A DNA stretch of 64,000 nt from an uncultured Gemmatimonadales bacterium (GCA_963716255.1 OY970303.1:1-64000), one strand, 5' to 3'. Shown: positions 12,001 through 39,419, counted from the stretch's first letter. Numbers and translations are program-made. The notes: generated by a model not told the origin, from the sequence alone.

Positions 12001-14609
12001 ACCTGCTCGTCCAGCCGCCCCAGGAACTCCACCGTGCCGTCCGGCGTCCACCGCACCCGGTCGCCCGTGCGGTACAGGCGCGCCCCCGTGGTCTCCCCGA
12101 AAGGGTCGGGGACAAACCTCGCGGCGGTGAGGTCCGGCCGGCCGAGGTAGCCTCGCGCCACCCCCTCGCCCCCCACGAACAGCTCGCCCGGCACCCCCAT
12201 CGGCACCGGCTGCCCCGCGGGGTCCAGCACGTGGATGGCGACGTTGGCGAGGGCGCTCCCCACCGGTAGGTTGGCGTGGACGGAGCCGTCCTCCCCCGCC
12301 GCCAGCCGCAGCGTGGTGGAGGTGACGGTCGTCTCGGTGAGTCCGAAGACGTGCACCAGCGGGACGCCGAGCCGTGCCCACTCGTGCAGCCGGTCGGGGA
12401 GGACCCGCTCGCCGCCCACGATCACGAAGCGGACGCAGGACGGGAGCCCCGCCCCCTCCTCCGCCAGCCCACGCACCCACTCGTGCCAGAAGGCGGTGGG
12501 GAGCTCCAGCCCGGTCACCCCGCGGTCCTCCAGCACCCGCGCCAGGTCGGCGGGCGCGCCCAGCAGCTCCGCTTCGGGGAACACCACGGCCGCCCCGCTC
12601 AGCCACGCCGGGAAGACCTCCTCCACCATGACGTCGAAGCTCGGGGAGGCGAACTGCAGGAACCGGTCGGCGGGGGTCAGCTCCAGCTCCTGGTGCATCG
12701 CCTCCGCGAAGCAGAGGAGAGAGCGGTGCGAGACCATCACTCCCTTGGGCCGGCCGGTGGAGCCGGAGGTGTAGATCACATACGCCAGGCTCTCCGGGAA
12801 CGCGCCCCGGACCGCGGCGCCCGGCGAGGACCCACCCTCCGGGTGGTGGTCGAGGCACATCACCTCCCCGGCGCCCCGGGGGAGCCGGTCGAGGAGGGAG
12901 GAGTGGGTCAGCACCACCGCGGCGCCGCTGTCGGCCAGGAGGAAGCCCAGCCGCTCGGCCGGGTACGCCGGGTCCAGGGGGACGTACGCTCCCCCGGCGC
13001 CGAGCACGCCCAGCAGCGCCGTGGCGAGCTCCACCCCACGCTCCAGGAAGATCCCTACTCGGTCCTCGGGACCCACCCCCCGCGCCCGCAGCGCGGCGGC
13101 CACGTCCCCCGCCGCCGCCAGCAGCTCGCGGTACGAGAGCGAGCGGCCGCCGCAAACGGCGGCGGGAGCGTGAGGCCATCGCGCCGCCCGCTCCGCGATC
13201 ACCTCCTGCACCAGCGCGTCGCGCGGGAAGTCGGCGACGGTGCTCGCGGCCCCGGCTAGGAGCCACTCGCGCTCGTCCGCGGCGATCACGGACACCTCCC
13301 GCAGCGGACGCCTGGGCGCGGCGGCGAAGGCCTCCAGCACGTTGCCGAAGTGCCTCAGCACCTGCTCGGCCTCCTCGGGGTGGAAGCGCCCGCGGCGGAA
13401 GGCGCACTCCACCTGCATCTCCTCCCCGACGGGGGATACCGTCAGGCAGAGCGGATAGTCGTCCACCTCGAGCCCCCACGCGTCCTCCACCCCGTAGCGG
13501 TCGCGGGCGGAGGGATCCACCGGGTAGTTCTGGAAGGACACGAAGCTCTCGAAGAGCGGCTGGCCCCTGTCCACCTCGCTCCACTTCTGCACCTGCACCA
13601 GCGGGGAGTACTCGAACTCGCGCGTTTCGACCTGCCGGCGGTGCAGCCGCTGGAGCCAGCCGAGGACCGGTTCGTCGGACCAGACCCGGACCCGCACGGG
13701 GAGGGTGGCGATGAACACGCCGACGATCTCCTCCATCCCCTCCAGCTCCGGCGGACGGCCGGAGACGGAGGACCCGAAGAGCACGTCGTCCTCCCCCGAG
13801 TAGCGGGACAGGAGGATCGCCCACGCGCCCTGCACCGCCGTGTTGGCCGTGACCTGGGCGCCGCGGGCCAGTTCGTGGACTGCGGCGGTGGCCGCGCGGG
13901 AGAGGCGCGCGGAGCACCGTCCTGTCTCCGTGCTCTCCGGCGCGGCGGTCCCGGCGGACCGGCCGATCCCCAGCGGCGTGGGGGCGGAGAACCCGGCCAG
14001 TTCCTCCCTCCAGAAGCGCTCCGCGCCCTCCATGTCCTGTCGCTTCAGCCAGGCGATGTAGTCGCGGTACGGCCTGGGCCGGGGAAGGCACGCCTCGCGG
14101 CCGGCCAGCCGTGCCTCGTACAGCGCGATCACCTCCCGGTACACGACGCCCAGGCTCCACCCGTCCAGGATCATGTGGTGGTGCGTCCACACCAGCTGGT
14201 ACGACGCGTCGCCCAGGCGGAAGAGCGCCACCCGCATGAGCGGCGGCCGGGCCAGGTCGAACCCCGCCTCCCGGTCGGCGCGCACGTACTCGACGATGCG
14301 ATGCTCCTGCTCCGCCGCCGGCACGTCGCGCCAGTCCTCGTACCGGAAGGGGAGCGTCGCGTCCCTGCGGACCACCTGCAGCGGCGCGTCCACCTTCTCC
14401 CAGGCGAAGGCGGTCCTCAGCGCCGGGTGCCGGTGCACCACCGCCCCCCACGCCTCTTCGAAGGGGCCGTGGGAGAGCTCGGTGCGGAGCCGGAGCCCGA
14501 GCTGTCCGATGTAGACGCCGGACCCCTGGTCGGACAGGGTGTGGAAGAGCATCCCCTCCTGCGTGGGAGAGAGGGGATACACGTCTTCCATGATCGCGCG
14601 CTTGCTCAT
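1..14609 (-). CDS. Giant NRPS, partial (runs off window start): C-A1-T-E-C-A2-T-E-C-A3-T-E-C...
   Basis: ATG at 14609 ([23 protein letters not shown]). The same frame holds at spot checks 11777, 9590, 7244, 2663 and 23. Motifs: YTSGSTG A3 loops, [10 protein letters not shown] domains, [11 protein letters not shown] domains ending TPSDFPL, HHxxxDGWS C domains. It is missing from the ORF track, consistent with no stop inside the window. Confidence 0.95.
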   Translation of the reverse strand, partial: MSKRAIMEDVYPLSPTQEGMLFHTLSDQGSGVYIGQLGLRLRTELSHGPFEEAWGAVVHRHPALRTAFAWEKVDAPLQVVRRDATLPFRYEDWRDVPAAEQEHRIVEYVRADREAGFDLARPPLMRVALFRLGDASYQLVWTHHHMILDGWSLGVVYREVIALYEARLAGREACLPRPRPYRDYIAWLKRQDMEGAERFWREELAGFSAPTPLGIGRSAGTAAPESTETGRCSARLSRAATAAVHELARGAQVTANTAVQGAWAILLSRYSGEDDVLFGSSVSGRPPELEGMEEIVGVFIATLPVRVRVWSDEPVLGWLQRLHRRQVETREFEYSPLVQVQKWSEVDRGQPLFESFVSFQNYPVDPSARDRYGVEDAWGLEVDDYPLCLTVSPVGEEMQVECAFRRGRFHPEEAEQVLRHFGNVLEAFAAAPRRPLREVSVIAADEREWLLAGAASTVADFPRDALVQEVIAERAARWPHAPAAVCGGRSLSYRELLAAAGDVAAALRARGVGPEDRVGIFLERGVELATALLGVLGAGGAYVPLDPAYPAERLGFLLADSGAAVVLTHSSLLDRLPRGAGEVMCLDHHPEGGSSPGAAVRGAFPESLAYVIYTSGSTGRPKGVMVSHRSLLCFAEAMHQELELTPADRFLQFASPSFDVMVEEVFPAWLSGAAVVFPEAELLGAPADLARVLEDRGVTGLELPTAFWHEWVRGLAEEGAGLPSCVRFVIVGGERVLPDRLHEWARLGVPLVHVFGLTETTVTSTTLRLAAGEDGSVHANLPVGSALANVAIHVLDPAGQPVPMGVPGELFVGGEGVARGYLGRPDLTAARFVPDPFGETTGARLYRTGDRVRWTPDGTVEFLGRLDEQVKVRGFRLEPAEIEAALAEHPAVRQAAVMVREDVPGERRLVAYVVPEAAGGPAARADGVSLHALRAHLVERLPEHMVPAVFVAVDALPLTPNGKLDRRALPVPEEGRLGGGEAYQAPRNAAEETLARVWAEVLRVERVGVHDNFFELGGDSILAIQVVSRARRAGLDLRPRQVFLHPTPARLAAVAGSAAPVLATQEALTGPAQLLPVQRWFFEQEIPGRAHWNMPLLLELRRPVDPALLEGALGVVVRHHDALRFRYARQASGGWTQRYAAPAEAAVPVERVDLSGVPAAELAAQVERRCAVAQASLDLERGPLFRALLFQPGSGNRARLLLAAHHLVVDGVSWRIVVEDLQAACEQLERGERPALPAKTTSFREWAARLAEHAARGGFDAELEYWTEGAQRTLRPLPVDAPGPNPTSAARTVSVALEPDDTRALLQEVPAAYRTRVDDALLTALARAFQGWTGDSCLLVDLEGHGREELFEEVELSRTVGWLTTVYPVRLDVDGAEGVGESLKRVKEQLRGVPRRGIGYGALRYLAPDAGARERLAALPEAQVSFNYLGQVDSSVSGASLFGLSAETAGPGVSPLAPRAHLLEVVAIVEGGKLRVDWTYGEGVHRRETVEALAGRYVAELRGLLDHCRSGEAGGCTPSDFPLAGLDRAGVDALVASWGDVEDAYPLTPTQEGIHFETLYAPGSGVYVAQYRFGLAGVLDEGAFERAWRRLLERHASLRTGLAHEGLPRPLQVVRRAVELPVLRLDWRGLAREEREARLEAYLAEDRARGFDLAAPPLMRLALFRTDEAACELVWTFHQVLLDGWSLPVVFREVLEGYDAFVAGGDPAGGAAPRYRDYVAWLRRQDPTRTERFWRDALAGFAAPTPVGEASGTRLPGGAGYERVETTLPAELVDALNAAARRGELTVNTLLQGAWALLLSRYAGEEDVVFGGAVSGRPAELAGVEEMVGLFINTLPVRARVAPETPVLPWLRSLQERQAEARDHEHAPLAQVQRWSEVPAGTPLFESLFAYENYPFEELLRTERPLRIESRGTREQSNYPLTVIVVPGRGLRVQAAWDPSRFEPGTGERMLGHLQAVLGVLAAHPQRRLAEVSLLHDAERAQVLEAWNDTAAGHPRGCVHDLFAVQAARAPDAPAVAFGGEALTYGELDRRANRLADHLRRLGVGPEVPVGICLERGIEMVVGMLGILKAGGAYLPLDPAYPAERLAYMVSDAGAPVVLVQERLSGRVSVEGVRTVRVDADREAIAARSDAAPESGVLPENLSHVIYTSGSTGRPRGVMVRHSSVVVLLHWLREIISDEERSALLGSTSISFDVSVAEIFGALCWGGKLVLVENALELASAGEPVVYASMVPTAAAELLRSGGIPASVRTVNLAGEALPNELAQGLYGLGHVDRVGNVYGPTEDTTYSTYWCVERGAARMLIGRAKADSRAYVLDAELRPVPVGVVGELYLAGAGLARGYHGLPELTAERFLPDPYGAPTGRMYRTMDRTRWTAAGMLEYLGRIDDQVKVRGFRIELGEIETVLRAHPGVRDAAVVAREDEPGRKRLVAYVVPETGAEAGLGELRARLQAQLPEYMVPTAFVTLDRLPLTPNGKLDRRGLPAPEWSGSSEYVSPRTPAEEALSEVWAEVLRLERVGVEESFFELGGDSILSIQVVARARQRGLKLSPRQLFEHPTVARLARVVEEAESGGGGAPQGAVSGEAPLTPIQSWFFERALPGAQHYNQALLLVPRERFRAELLEGAVSALEAHHDALRLRFRRGAAGRWVQEHAPAAERAPVEVVELSALPGAAPGAALAAAAERAQRSLDLEGGPLLRVVLFTLGGREQRLLVVIHHLVVDGVSWRILLEDLETAYRQLSRGEGVRLPAKTTSWKRWAEALAQRAASPAVAEEAGYWVEQSRREVGPLPVDDAAGADTVGSAGSVSVRLSEGETQALLREVPQAYRTQIDDVLLTGLARALGRWTGSARVRVNLEGHGREEEVGGGADVSRTVGWFTSLYPVVLEVPEGAGPGAALKAVKEQLRAVPRRGLGYGLLRYQGAPEVRAELSGGPAAEVAFNYLGQLDGTVSEGAYFGFAGESAGASADPRGSRAHRLELNGAVQGGRLEMTFGYGAGVHRRATIERVAGGYAEALRELIAHCTTAGAGGCTPSDFALAGLSQAEVDALVGSGRGVEDVYPLTPMQEGMLFHALYAPEAGVYLGQYGYVLEGELDVGSLERAWREGVGRHEALRAGFAWEGLRRPVQVIRREVEVPLRREDLRGLGEEAQRERLAAYLVEDRARGFDLAAAPLMRLALFRTGEGEHHLVWTHHHLILDGWSLAVLFRDVLALYNAHARGESARLGPTRRYREYVAWLERQELTRAEAFWREVLAGFTAPTPLPLRRAAAGAEPGLGEARLRLTAEGTSALQERCRSWGVTVGTLVQSAWALLLSRYSGEEDVLFGTTVSGRPAELPGVEETVGLFINTLPVRVRAAGDATLREWLEELQGRQARAREFEHAPLVQVQKWSEVPTGEALFESLVVLDNHTLEVVVADGVDGLRVRAGLSMEQTNFPLVLTVSRGERLELQLRYDRARVEGGASGRLMGHLERVMEMIVVGEERHLAQVSLLRDAERAQLLEAWSATTVAYPPACVHELFAGQAARTPGAVAVVFREESLTYAELDRGAGRVARHLRHRGVRPETRVALCAERSADLAVGILGILRAGGAYVPVDPTYPVDRIAYLLEDSGCAAVLVQEELRAALPPTAAAVLSLEEALGDASGGEDPPQGEVRPENAAYVIYTSGSTGRPKGVVVTHASVVRLFQATHSWFGFGADDVWTLFHSYAFDFSVWEIWGALLYGGRLVVVPFETSRSPEEFYALLARERVTVLSQTPSAFQQLSAAEEARGVSPELALRHVVFGGEGLDPRTLRGWMERHGEERPRLVNMYGITETTVHVTYRHIRWSDVEAGERSPVGEAIPDLCVRVLDAWGNVAPAGVPGELYVGGAGVARGYLGRPELTAARFVPDPYPAEPGARLYRSGDRVRWSAAGELEYLGRIDDQVKVRGFRIELGEIETVLRAHPGVRDAAVVAREDEPGRKRLVAYVVPETGAEAGLGELRARLQAQLPEYMVPTAFVTLDRLPLTPNGKLDRRGLPAPEWSGSSEYVSPRTPAEEALSAVWAEVLRLERVGVEESFFELGGDSILSIQVVARARQRGLKLSPRQLFEHPTVARLARVVEEAESGGGGAPQGAVSGEAPLTPIQSWFFERALPGAQHYNQALLLVPRERFRAELLEGAVSALEAHHDALRLRFRRDEASTWRQWHDEVGAHASVEVVELSALAEDVRRSALEAAAERAQRSLDLEGGPLLRVVLFTLGGREQRLLVVIHHLVVDGVSWRILLEDLETAYRQLSRGEGVRLPAKTTSWKRWAEALAQRAASPAVAEEAGYWVEQSRREVGPLPVDDAAGADTVGSAGSVSVRLSEGETQALLREVPQAYRTQIDDVLLTGLARALGRWTGSARVRVNLEGHGREEEVGGGADVSRTVGWFTSLYPVVLEVPEGAGPGAALKAVKEQLRAVPRRGLGYGLLRYQGAPEVRAELSGGPAAEVAFNYLGQLDGTVSEGAYFGFAGESAGASADPRGSRAHRLELNGAVQGGRLEMTFGYGAGVHRRATIERVAGGYAEALRELIAHCTTAGAGGCTPSDFALAGLSQAEVDALVGSGRGVEDVYPLTPMQEGMLFHALYAPEAGVYLGQYGYVLEGELDAGSLERAWREGVGRHEALRAGFAWEGLRRPVQVIRREVEVPLRREDLRGLGEEAQRERLAAYLVEDRARGFDLAAAPLMRLALFRTGEGEHHLVWTHHHLVLDGWSVSLLLREVLSLYQAHWRGEAARLGPARRYREYVAWLERQELTRAEAFWREVLAGFTTPTPLPLHVRSARAEAQGLGEARLHLTPERTSALQERVRSWGVTASTLLQGTWALLLSRYSGEEDVLFGTTVSGRPAELPGVEEMVGLFIN
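470..2898. repeat. Copy 1 of ~2.4 kb near-identical direct repeat (Asub-T-E-C N-terminal part)
   Basis: Matches 5051-7479 at offset 4581 almost base for base, except a patch at ~2002-2117. Confidence 0.95.
5051..7479. repeat. Copy 2 of ~2.4 kb near-identical direct repeat
   Basis: Matches 470-2898; divergent patch at ~6583-6698. Confidence 0.95.
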
Positions 14610-14857
14610 GCAGCCCCTTTTGCATTGGGGTGGGGTTCCCGGGGCCCGGGACGCCGCCGTCCCGTGCCTCCTCGCGGCTACGGCCCCCGGGGGTCCGCGC
14701 GGGTACCCCTTTCACAGGCGCGAAATACGCGGACCCGTCGATACGCGCTGCCGTCCGGGCCGCGTGTTCGCCATTAGTGGGTCGGTCCGCGGCCGCTGGG
14801 ACCGCGCGGGACCGTCTGTGAGAGCTGTCGCGCAGCAACCCTCTGAAGTTAGTTATG

Positions 14858-14901
14858 TCTCTACTTATGCGCAATCATAATGTCAATGTATGTTATGCGC
14901 A
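14858..14901 (-). promoter_or_regulatory. Putative promoter/operator of the giant NRPS: TTGACA flanked by two TTATGCGCA boxes
   Basis: AT-rich patch. TTGACA on minus strand at 14881-14886; ttatgcgca at 14865-14873 and 14893-14901. The -10 match is weak. Confidence 0.5.
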
Positions 14902-14948
14902 GCGGTCCGCGAGCGTAGTTTCGCCCCGCCCCGCTACTTCGGCCTCCG

Positions 14949-15977
14949 TCAGTACAGCACGCGCGAGGCGGCAGAGAGGCGCGCTTCCCGCGACTTGCGG
15001 AGGTCGCGCACCACGTTGATGCGCCTCAGCCAGCGGTCGGTGCCGTCGTAGCGTGCCCGGAAAGGCTTGCGGCCGTGCACCGCCTGGAAGTTGTCGATGA
15101 AGCAGAAGTCGCCGGGCTCCAGAACCTGGTCCTCCAGCGCGGAGTCCACCTGGCGGATGAGCTCATCCAGGGTGGCCTGCGCCACCGGGTCCTCCACCGT
15201 GTCCATGAAGAACGGGTCCAGGCGGACGTAAGGAGCCCGCAGGTCCCCGAAGAGCACAGGGATCCGCTCCGGGGAGCTCCACTGGTTCTCGATCTCGGCG
15301 TACGCGCGCCGGAGGAACTCCTCCTCCTCGGGCGGAACGCCGGCGTGGCCGCCGCTGTTCTTGGGGAGGTGCGACTCGTCGGGGCGGATGGTGAAGTGCG
15401 GGCTGGACAGCACGGCCACCTGCTCCGGTGTCAGCCGGACCCGGGAGATGGGGGCGAAGGTGGTGGGGACGCGGTCGGGGTTGCGCAGGCACATCATCCC
15501 CAGGTAGTCGCCCCGGTACGGGTGGAAGGCGTCTTCCACGTGCCAGGTCAGCGGTTCCTCGCTCCCGCTCCCCAGCTGCTCCTTCTCGTGCCCGCGGATG
15601 GGGAGGATGTCGTGCACCACCCGCCCGTCCTGCTGCGTGCTCCAGCCGATGGGCTCGCCCAGCAGCGACCCCAGGAGCAGGAGGAGCGAGTCCTCCTCGA
15701 CGGTATCGTTGGCGGGGTGGTGCCGCTTCCAGTGCTCGGGGGTGGGACCCACCTTGTCCTGGTCGACGGGGTAGCCGGACACCACCAGCAGCGCCTCCTC
15801 CGGCTCGTAAAGGCGGAACCGCCGCAGCGCCTGGCGGATGCGGCGCGGCAGCTCGTCCGCGATCACGCCTGCCTCGTCCAGGAACTCGCGCGCCTCCGCG
15901 GAGCCGTAGCGCGCGGAAAGCTCCGCGAGCAGTTGCCGGATCTCCGCCACCTCCCCATCGGTCATCACGATCCTCAT
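14949..15977 (-). CDS. Fe(II)/2-oxoglutarate dioxygenase, clavaminate-synthase-like, VioC/GntD-type basic amino acid hydroxylase
   Basis: GPTPEHW, GWSTQQDGRVVHDILP, WHVEDAF (HxE), DNFQAVHGRKPFRARYDGTDRWLRRINV..DLRKSR closely resemble VioC. AAAGGA RBS before ATG 15977. Confidence 0.9.
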   Translation of the reverse strand: MRIVMTDGEVAEIRQLLAELSARYGSAEAREFLDEAGVIADELPRRIRQALRRFRLYEPEEALLVVSGYPVDQDKVGPTPEHWKRHHPANDTVEEDSLLLLLGSLLGEPIGWSTQQDGRVVHDILPIRGHEKEQLGSGSEEPLTWHVEDAFHPYRGDYLGMMCLRNPDRVPTTFAPISRVRLTPEQVAVLSSPHFTIRPDESHLPKNSGGHAGVPPEEEEFLRRAYAEIENQWSSPERIPVLFGDLRAPYVRLDPFFMDTVEDPVAQATLDELIRQVDSALEDQVLEPGDFCFIDNFQAVHGRKPFRARYDGTDRWLRRINVVRDLRKSREARLSAASRVLY

Positions 15978-16054
15978 CGCTGTTCCTTTCCGCTCGGGTA
16001 CATTGTCGCGCATCATGTCCGCGCAGGATGCCCTGGCCTGCCCGGCGGCCCGGG

Positions 16055-18096
16055 CTAGGGGGCCGGCTCCCCGGCACCCGGAGCGCGCGGCCACCTGTTG
16101 TTCCCCCGGCTGACGTCAGGGAAGAGCCCGTCTGGGTCCACCTCCACCCGCACCGGGGCGCCGGCGACCGGGACGTCCACCGTCGCCGTGCGGCTCCGCG
16201 CCGCCAGCCACGCCTCGATCGGGATCTCCGCCCACGCGGACGCGCCGGACTCCGTCGTCACCACCACCAGCGCGGGGACCGGGACCTCGCCCAGGTCGCG
16301 CACCGTCACGCGGACGCTCCCCGGCGCGGCCCGCACTACGCTCTCCACCGCCAGGTCGGTGGTCCCTGTCTCCCAGAACCACGGGTAGAAGAACCAGTCG
16401 AGGTCGCGGCCGGCGACGCGTTCGAAGGTGTTGAAGAAGTCCCACGGCGTGGGGTGGCGGAACCTCCACTCCGCCAGGTAGGTGTCCATCGCCCGGCGGA
16501 AGGTCTCCTCCCCCACCACGGCTCGCAGCGAGCGGAGGAGGAGCGCCGGCTTGGAGTAGGCTGCGACGTAGCGTGCCCCGTAGGGGCTCACCAGGTCGGT
16601 GTGCCGCATCAGGGGAACCTCGGCGTCGCTCCCGGCCACCTGCAGGTAGCCGTCGCGGTCGGGGGCGAAGGGGTCGGCGACGGGGAAGAGGTCGCTGCGG
16701 CCCAGGATCTCGTAGTACGTAACCACCCCCTCGTCCATCCAGGCGTAGGCCGCCTCGTCCTGCCCCACCAGCATGGGGAACCACTGGTGCCCCACCTCGT
16801 GCACCACCCCGGAGTGCAGGTCGGGCGCGGTAGTGTACCCCCCGACGAAGGCGATCTGCGGGTACTCGATGCCACCCGCCATGGGGCCGTCGGCCACGGT
16901 GAGCTGCGGGTACGGGTAGGGGGTGAGCGTCCGGCTGAAGAACTCCAGCGCGTGCCTGCCGAAGCGCGCGCTCTCACCCCAGGGCGAAGGGCCGGCGCGG
17001 TAGAGCGCGTGGACGGGGACCGCCCGCGTCCCCCCGGCGCCGTCGGGGACGCGCGCGGCGACTGCGTCCCACAGGTACCGGTTGGAGGCGGCGAAGGCGA
17101 AGTCGCGCACCTCCCTGCCGCGGAAGCGCCAGGTCAGCTTCCCGTCCGGGGGGACGAGCGTCGCGCGCCCCGCGTCCAGTTCCTCGCGGGTGATCACCCG
17201 CACCACGGTGTCGGAGGCGGGCACGCCCGCCAGGCGGCGGCGCGCGTCGGGGGTGAGCACCTCCTCCGGGTTCCGCAGCTCGCCGGTGGCCCCCACCACC
17301 CACCCCGCCGGGAGGGTGAGCGCCACGTCGAACTCGGCGTAGTCCAGGTAGAACTCCCCGTCGCCCAGGTACGGGGTCGCGTCCCACCCGGTGAGGTCGT
17401 CGAAGACGGCCACCTGGGGGTACCACTGCGCCACCAGGAAGGCGCGGCCCCTGCGGCCGCCCCCGTGCGCCGTGCGGAAGCTGGGCGCCAGAGGGATGGT
17501 GTGCCGCCATCCGGTCTCCAGGACGGCGCTGTCCCCGGGGGCGAGGGGCCGCGGGAGGACGATGCGCGCGAGGGTGCCCTCCACCCGGTACCCGGTGGGC
17601 GCGTCCGGCCGGGGCTCCCGCCGCACCTCCGGGATCCCCGCGGCGTCCAGCGGACGCAGGGCCTCGCCCTGCGCGGCGACGCGCTCCAGCGTCACGCCGC
17701 CCGTGACCTTCACGGCCCGGTTCCGCGGCACACCCTCGGAATAGACGTTCTGGTACAGGTTGAGTACCACCGACCGGATCGGCACCGGCGAGCGGTTGAG
17801 GTACACGATGCGCTCCGTGCCGCGCAGGAGTGCCGTCGTGGGATCCAGCTCCGCGCGGATGACGTAGCGGACCTCCTGCTGCCAGTACCGCTCCCCGGGC
17901 CTCCCGTTCGTGGTCCGGGTCCCCCGCTCCACCGCAGCCCGGAAGGCGGCGGGGACGGGGACCGGGCGCAGCAGGTAGCGCGGCGCCGTGTCCGCGGGCG
18001 CGGGAGCCCCGCCGGCGGGGAGGGCGGGCGCGCACCCGGCCGCCAGCAGGAGGCCGGCGAGCAGGGTGCCGAGCCGCTGCTCGATCCGGGGCGCCC

Positions 18097-18100
<4 letters not shown>
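16055..18100 (-). CDS. M1-family zinc metallopeptidase, predicted lipoprotein
   Basis: Lipobox LAAG-C after a hydrophobic signal, GGIEYP, HEVGH-x18-E (HEVGHQWF...WMDEG). Start overlaps the upstream NRPS stop (ATGA). Confidence 0.9.
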
Positions 18101-25830
<7,730 letters not shown>

Positions 25831-25977
25831 GTAGAGCGTGGGTTCTCGGGAAGGCCACAGGGATCCGTAGGTGGAGCGGACCGCCCCTGATTCCACCGAT
25901 TTTGTCGCCAATTGTTCCCCGGTCCGGACGTGGCCCGCCCTCCCCCGCCGGCGGCGGAGGGGGGCCGTGGGAGATGG

Positions 25978-28650
25978 TCAGCGGACCGGGATCCAGTACG
26001 TCGCCTTCAGCACCAGGAAGTTGTCCCCGCTCGCCTCCACCGACCTCGCCAGGTCGCCCGGCCCCACCGGGGAGCCCAGCGCCTCGCTGGCGAATCGGTC
26101 CTGCTGCCACACCATGAAGAAGGTGCTCCCGGGGCGCCACTCCCAGCGCAACACCGCGTTGCTGCGGAACGAGCGCACGTTGAAGTCGCGGAAGGGGAGG
26201 GTGAAGGCGCTGCTCCCGTCGGTGACGGTGTACGGCCCCCGCTCCTCCGCCTGGAGGATGGTGGTGCCGTCCGTGCCGTAGGTCCGCAGCCGCCGGCTCC
26301 GCGCCGCCTCCAGTTCGCCGAAGTCGTGGTAGCGACCGCTCGCCGCGAAGGGCTCGGCGTACAGCTCCAGCGACAGGTCGGGCTTGAGGGTGTAGTTCAG
26401 CCGCAGCTGCGTGGAGAGGGTGGTCCGGTCGATGAAGGAGAAGACGTAGCGGCTGCCGAAGGTGGCGGCGGAGCCACCGGCCCGGACCCCGACGTACTGC
26501 CGTGGGTTGGTCTCGCGGTAGAACGTGGGGCTCGCCGAGAGCTCCCACCGGGGGCTGGGGTGCAGCGTCACGCCCCCCGAGGCGACCACCAGCTCCTGCC
26601 CCAGGTCGCTGCCCCCCAGGTCCAGCCGCCCGATGATCCCGGTGACTGCCGCGGGGGGCCCCTGCACGTGCATCACCGTCCTCCACCCCCGCCCGGTGCG
26701 CATCAGCGGCCCACCGCGCGTGAGGTCGTTGTTCAGGGCGGGGAGGTACAGGTACCCCAGCACGACGGTGCGCCAGTAGCTCTGCCAGGTGGCGCGCGCC
26801 TCGCCGCTGAGGGCGCGGTACGTGTTCACCCCCTCGAAGTTCCACTGGTTCTCGGTGCCCGCCCGCAGCTGGTAGCTGCGGAAGGCCCCTCGCGGCCGCG
26901 TCTCACGGTACCGGAGGTCCGCCTGCCCCCAGATCTCGTCCGCCACGTTCTGGAAGCCCGCGTCGTTGAGCTCCAGCCCCGGCGAGATGGTGCTCGCGGT
27001 CGCGCCCCAGAGCCAGTGGCTCCCGGCGTTCCGCGACACGCCCAGTGAGCCCGCGAAACCGGAGAGCGAGGTGCGCGAGGGATCCAGGCGGACCGGGCTG
27101 GCGTCGGGACGCTGGAAGTAGCGGGCGGAGGCAAGCTGAGTGCGGAGGATGGCAAGCGAGTCCCCCTCGACGTGGCTGAAGCCGAGCGTCCCCTGCACCT
27201 GGTACTCGCCCCCGCGGAAGCGCAGGCTCCAGTCGGCCCCGCCGCTGTACGCCTCCCGGGCGAGGAGCGCGGCGAGCGGGGCGCCCGCGGGGAGGTCGCG
27301 GCGCGTGGCGACCAGACTCACCCCCGCCGTGGACCCGCTCCCGCCGAACTCCTGCTGCGCCCGCAGCACGCCGTACCCGGTCCGCGGGGCCACGCGGACG
27401 CGCCCAAAGTCCCCCCCGTCCCCGTCGAAGGTGCGCGCGTGCTCCTCGTCGGTCAAAGCGGCCAGCGCGCCGAGCGACAGCCCCGAGGGGAGACGCCCGG
27501 TGAGCTTGGCGGCGCCCAGGATGGTGGCGACCCGGGGACGGTCCAGGTACGAATAGGGGCCGATCCGCTCCTCCACCAGCGCGTCCACCACCTCGTCGCG
27601 CGCCGCGGCCCCGATGCGGCGTGAATAGAAGTGCTGCCGCTCCCCACCGGCCACGGCTCCCCCCGCTCCGAGGAGCTGGCTCCCCTCGATGAAGAAGAGG
27701 CGCTTCTCCGAGAAGGAGCTCTCGAAGGCGGTCAGGTTCACCTCCGCCGGGTCCGCCTCCACCTGCCCAAAGTCCGGGTTCACCGTCCCCTCGACGGTGA
27801 GGTTGGACCCCAGCCCCATCTTCAGGTCGCCGCCCGTGCGCACCGAGAGCCGGCTCCCGTCGTCGAAGGGGTTCCCGGTGCCGGGGGCGGCGGTGAAGTC
27901 TCCCCCGCCGGCGATGTACGGCATCACCTCCACCCGGCGGGTGGGGCGGACCGCGTCGATCCCCTCCAGCGTGCCGAAGCGCGAGGCCCACCCCGTCCCG
28001 GTAGTGGGGACCAGCGCCCAGTAGCTGTTCTCCTGTGTGACGGGGTTGCGCCGCATCACGTTGACGCCCCACCGCTGCCCTGGACGGGTGACGAAGCGGA
28101 GCTGGGAGAAGGGGATGCGCATCTCCGCCGTCCACCCCGCCGAGTCGTGGCGCACCGCGGCCTGCCAGACGGGATCGAAGGAGGCGTCGGTGTCGGCCTC
28201 GTCGTCCGAGGGGTGGTACCAGTCCAGCCGCGTCCCCGCGGCGGTCACGCCGAAGGTGTAGGCGGTCCGGCGGTCCAGGTAGGTGTCCAGGGAGACGAGC
28301 AGGTACTCCGCCTGCGTCGCGTTGTCGCGCCGGCTCAGTGGCGCCCGGATCCGGGCGGGGTCCAGGCTGTGCATGCGGGCACCCACGTAGAGCGCCTCGT
28401 CGTCGTACAGGAAGCGGACCTCGGTGCGCTCCCCGGCGGGCGCGCCCTCCACCGGCTGCCGCTGCCGGAGGTCGGTGAGCGCGGGCGCCGCGGCCCACGC
28501 CTCCTCGGTGAGGCGCCCGTCCAGCACGGGGCTGCGCCCCTCGCTGTGGACCGCGCGGACCGCCCCCCCCGGAGAAGCCTGGGCACGGAGCGGCCCCGCG
28601 CCCACCAGCAGAAGCGCCGCAACGGCGGCGGCCACGGTCGCACGCCTCAC
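25978..28650 (-). CDS. Secreted/outer-membrane protein, CBM9-like N-terminal domain plus DUF5916-type beta-rich domain
   Basis: Signal peptide after GTG 28650 (GGAGG RBS). Motifs PVLDGRL..W, YDDEALYVG, WTAEMRIPFSQLRF, NPDFGQVEAD, EKRLFFIEG; C-terminal LKATYWIP. Confidence 0.8.
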   Translation of the reverse strand: MRRATVAAAVAALLLVGAGPLRAQASPGGAVRAVHSEGRSPVLDGRLTEEAWAAAPALTDLRQRQPVEGAPAGERTEVRFLYDDEALYVGARMHSLDPARIRAPLSRRDNATQAEYLLVSLDTYLDRRTAYTFGVTAAGTRLDWYHPSDDEADTDASFDPVWQAAVRHDSAGWTAEMRIPFSQLRFVTRPGQRWGVNVMRRNPVTQENSYWALVPTTGTGWASRFGTLEGIDAVRPTRRVEVMPYIAGGGDFTAAPGTGNPFDDGSRLSVRTGGDLKMGLGSNLTVEGTVNPDFGQVEADPAEVNLTAFESSFSEKRLFFIEGSQLLGAGGAVAGGERQHFYSRRIGAAARDEVVDALVEERIGPYSYLDRPRVATILGAAKLTGRLPSGLSLGALAALTDEEHARTFDGDGGDFGRVRVAPRTGYGVLRAQQEFGGSGSTAGVSLVATRRDLPAGAPLAALLAREAYSGGADWSLRFRGGEYQVQGTLGFSHVEGDSLAILRTQLASARYFQRPDASPVRLDPSRTSLSGFAGSLGVSRNAGSHWLWGATASTISPGLELNDAGFQNVADEIWGQADLRYRETRPRGAFRSYQLRAGTENQWNFEGVNTYRALSGEARATWQSYWRTVVLGYLYLPALNNDLTRGGPLMRTGRGWRTVMHVQGPPAAVTGIIGRLDLGGSDLGQELVVASGGVTLHPSPRWELSASPTFYRETNPRQYVGVRAGGSAATFGSRYVFSFIDRTTLSTQLRLNYTLKPDLSLELYAEPFAASGRYHDFGELEAARSRRLRTYGTDGTTILQAEERGPYTVTDGSSAFTLPFRDFNVRSFRSNAVLRWEWRPGSTFFMVWQQDRFASEALGSPVGPGDLARSVEASGDNFLVLKATYWIPVR

Positions 28651-28767
28651 GCGCCCTCCAGCCGGGCCGTGGCGGGGCGGCACCGGGACCGGGTCATCGC
28701 GGGCTCCGGGGATGCAGGGGTGCGGTGATCATGGGCCGGGGTACGGGTGAGGCGAAGGGGACGGGCC

Positions 28768-28796
28768 ACCATAACCGAGGTTCGCGATCATGTCAA
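28768..28796 (-). promoter_or_regulatory. Sigma70-like promoter
   Basis: TTGACA-17 bp-TATGGT on minus strand upstream of the DUF5916 gene. Confidence 0.6.
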
Positions 28797-28930
28797 GCCA
28801 ACTTCTGTATAAAATCGTAAGAGTGCGCCCGCATCCCTCGGCGCCGCATCCGTCCACCGGAACGGCCCGTCCGTGCCGCCCGCACCCACAGTGCGCTTGG
28901 AACGGCGGAGGAAGATGGAGATCAGCGGCC

Positions 28931-37689
<8,759 letters not shown>

Positions 37690-37801
37690 GACCTGCGGTA
37701 TGGGGATCTTGTAAGCGACGACCCGGCTCGTCGCGGGGAGATCTCGCCTGGCCGGGACGCCGCGACCGCTCGCCCTCGGCCAGCCATCTCTTTATTGTCA
37801 T

Positions 37802-37830
37802 ATCATATGCGCATATATCCTACCAATCAA
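37802..37830 (-). promoter_or_regulatory. Sigma70-like promoter of the PKS-NRPS with an overlapping palindrome
   Basis: TTGATT-17 bp-TATGAT on minus strand; ATATGCGCATAT palindrome at 37805-37816. Confidence 0.65.
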
Positions 37831-38099
37831 GAGGGGATTGAGCTTTCCTGTTCGGCGTGGAGCGAAAGGAAGTGCCCGGCTCCGGAGGATTGGCACGGAC
37901 GCGTGTGCCGGGGACGGTCCCATGCGAGCACCGTCAGGCAGAGCCCCGGGCTCGCGAAGCCCATCGCGTTCAGGGGTTGCGGCTGGGCGAAGGCTACTGC
38001 TTCGCCACGGATGCCGCAGAACTGGAAGCGGAATGGCTACGCCCGACTCCGCTCTACCGCCTCCGGCCGGCCTTGAGCTACCTCTGCGGGCCTCGACGA

Positions 38100-38142
38100 C
38101 GCCGCAGGAAAAATGCTCGGAACGTCTGACTACTAACTCAGG
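38100..38142 (-). mobile_element. Solo degenerate copy of the IS630 left end
   Basis: Reverse complement matches 41341-41383 at 37/43 positions. Confidence 0.7.
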
Positions 38143-38231
38143 ATCGACAGGACGTGCCGCGTACCACTCCGGCTTGGGGACGGAGATGTCCGGAAGCATT
38201 CCGGGCCGGGCCGACACGCTTGCGGGCGCGC

Positions 38232-39419
38232 TCACGCCGGAACCGCGGCGACGGCCGCCACAGCCCCGGCTTCCCGGGCCGTCTCCTCGATCAGCCGGTG
38301 GATCAGCCCGACCCCCCGCCGGGTCCGTTCCATGCTCTCGGTGCCCACCGACACCCGGATGAAGCGGTCGCAGGAACTACCGTAGCCGATTCCGGGCACG
38401 GTGCTGACGCGGTGCTCCGAGAGCAGCCGCGTACAAAACGCATCGGACGACAAGCAGGATCGCCCGATCGAAACGAAGATGTAAAACGTAGAATCTCCGG
38501 GGAGATACGAGATTCCGCGCGCGTCCATGAAGCGGACCATCTCGCACCGCCTCCGCACGACCTCCGCGATCTGGGGCCTGGTGATGTCGAGGATCTCGTC
38601 GAAGTGCCGCTCCAGGTAGTGCTGGAGAATGGTCGGAGCGCAGGTGACGAGGTGCTGGTTGATCTTGAGCACCTCGGCCGTCAGCTCAGGACGGGCAATC
38701 ACGTAGCCGATCCGCCACCCGGACATCCCGTAGTTCTTGGACATCGAGTTGCAGATGATGGTGTGCTTCTTCTCCGGGTCCAGCACGCCGCACGAGAGGA
38801 AGCCGCCGTCCGGCAGGAACTCGCTGTAGGCCTCGTCCGCGAGGAGGAACAGGTTGTGCCGGTCCGCCAGGCCGTGCAGGTGTTCCAGTTCCTCCAGCGA
38901 AAGGACCTTCCCCGACGGGTTGTTGGGATTGTTCACGATGATCGCCCGGGTCCGCGGGGTGATGAACTCACCCACCTCGAAGACGCTCCTGTCGAAGGGG
39001 ACCATGACCGGAACGGCGTGGCAAAGCTTGACCTGCTCCGTGTAGCTCACCCACGCCGGCTCTAGGACCACGACCTCGTCTCCGGGATTCAGGACAGCCA
39101 TGAGCGACATGTGAATGGCGATCTTGGATCCGGCCGTCACGACGACCTCGGTGTCCGGGTCCACCGGCACCCCATAGTGCTCCCGGTAGTACGCCGCCAG
39201 CCGCCGCCGCAACCCCGGGATCCCACGGGAATGGGTGTAGTGGTAGCCGTCGGGCATCGGCAGCTCCGCGAAGCTGAACAGCGGGATGTCGAAGAATGCC
39301 TCGCCCAGGGACAGCACGATGATGTCCTCGCCCCGGGACTTCATCTCGTAGACGAGGTTGTTGTACCGGATCGACAGGGCTTGGGCGATGTCCTCCAGGT
39401 GCGCCGCGGGTGCCGGCAT
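38232..39419 (-). CDS. PLP-dependent aminotransferase class I/II
   Basis: GGAGG RBS then MPAPAAHLED; NNPNNPSG, DEAY, SMSKNYGMSGWRIGY. Confidence 0.9.
   Translation of the reverse strand: MPAPAAHLEDIAQALSIRYNNLVYEMKSRGEDIIVLSLGEAFFDIPLFSFAELPMPDGYHYTHSRGIPGLRRRLAAYYREHYGVPVDPDTEVVVTAGSKIAIHMSLMAVLNPGDEVVVLEPAWVSYTEQVKLCHAVPVMVPFDRSVFEVGEFITPRTRAIIVNNPNNPSGKVLSLEELEHLHGLADRHNLFLLADEAYSEFLPDGGFLSCGVLDPEKKHTIICNSMSKNYGMSGWRIGYVIARPELTAEVLKINQHLVTCAPTILQHYLERHFDEILDITRPQIAEVVRRRCEMVRFMDARGISYLPGDSTFYIFVSIGRSCLSSDAFCTRLLSEHRVSTVPGIGYGSSCDRFIRVSVGTESMERTRRGVGLIHRLIEETAREAGAVAAVAAVPA

Noticed and set aside
201..14777. Long plus-strand ORFs (e.g. 201-2564, 3960-7145, 7389-10355)
   Set aside because: Antisense shadows of the GC-rich NRPS with no family motifs.
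3697..14874. Minus-strand ORFs 3697-7737 and 9754-14874
   Set aside because: Off-frame Gly/Ala/Arg-rich translations; the NRPS motifs are in another frame.
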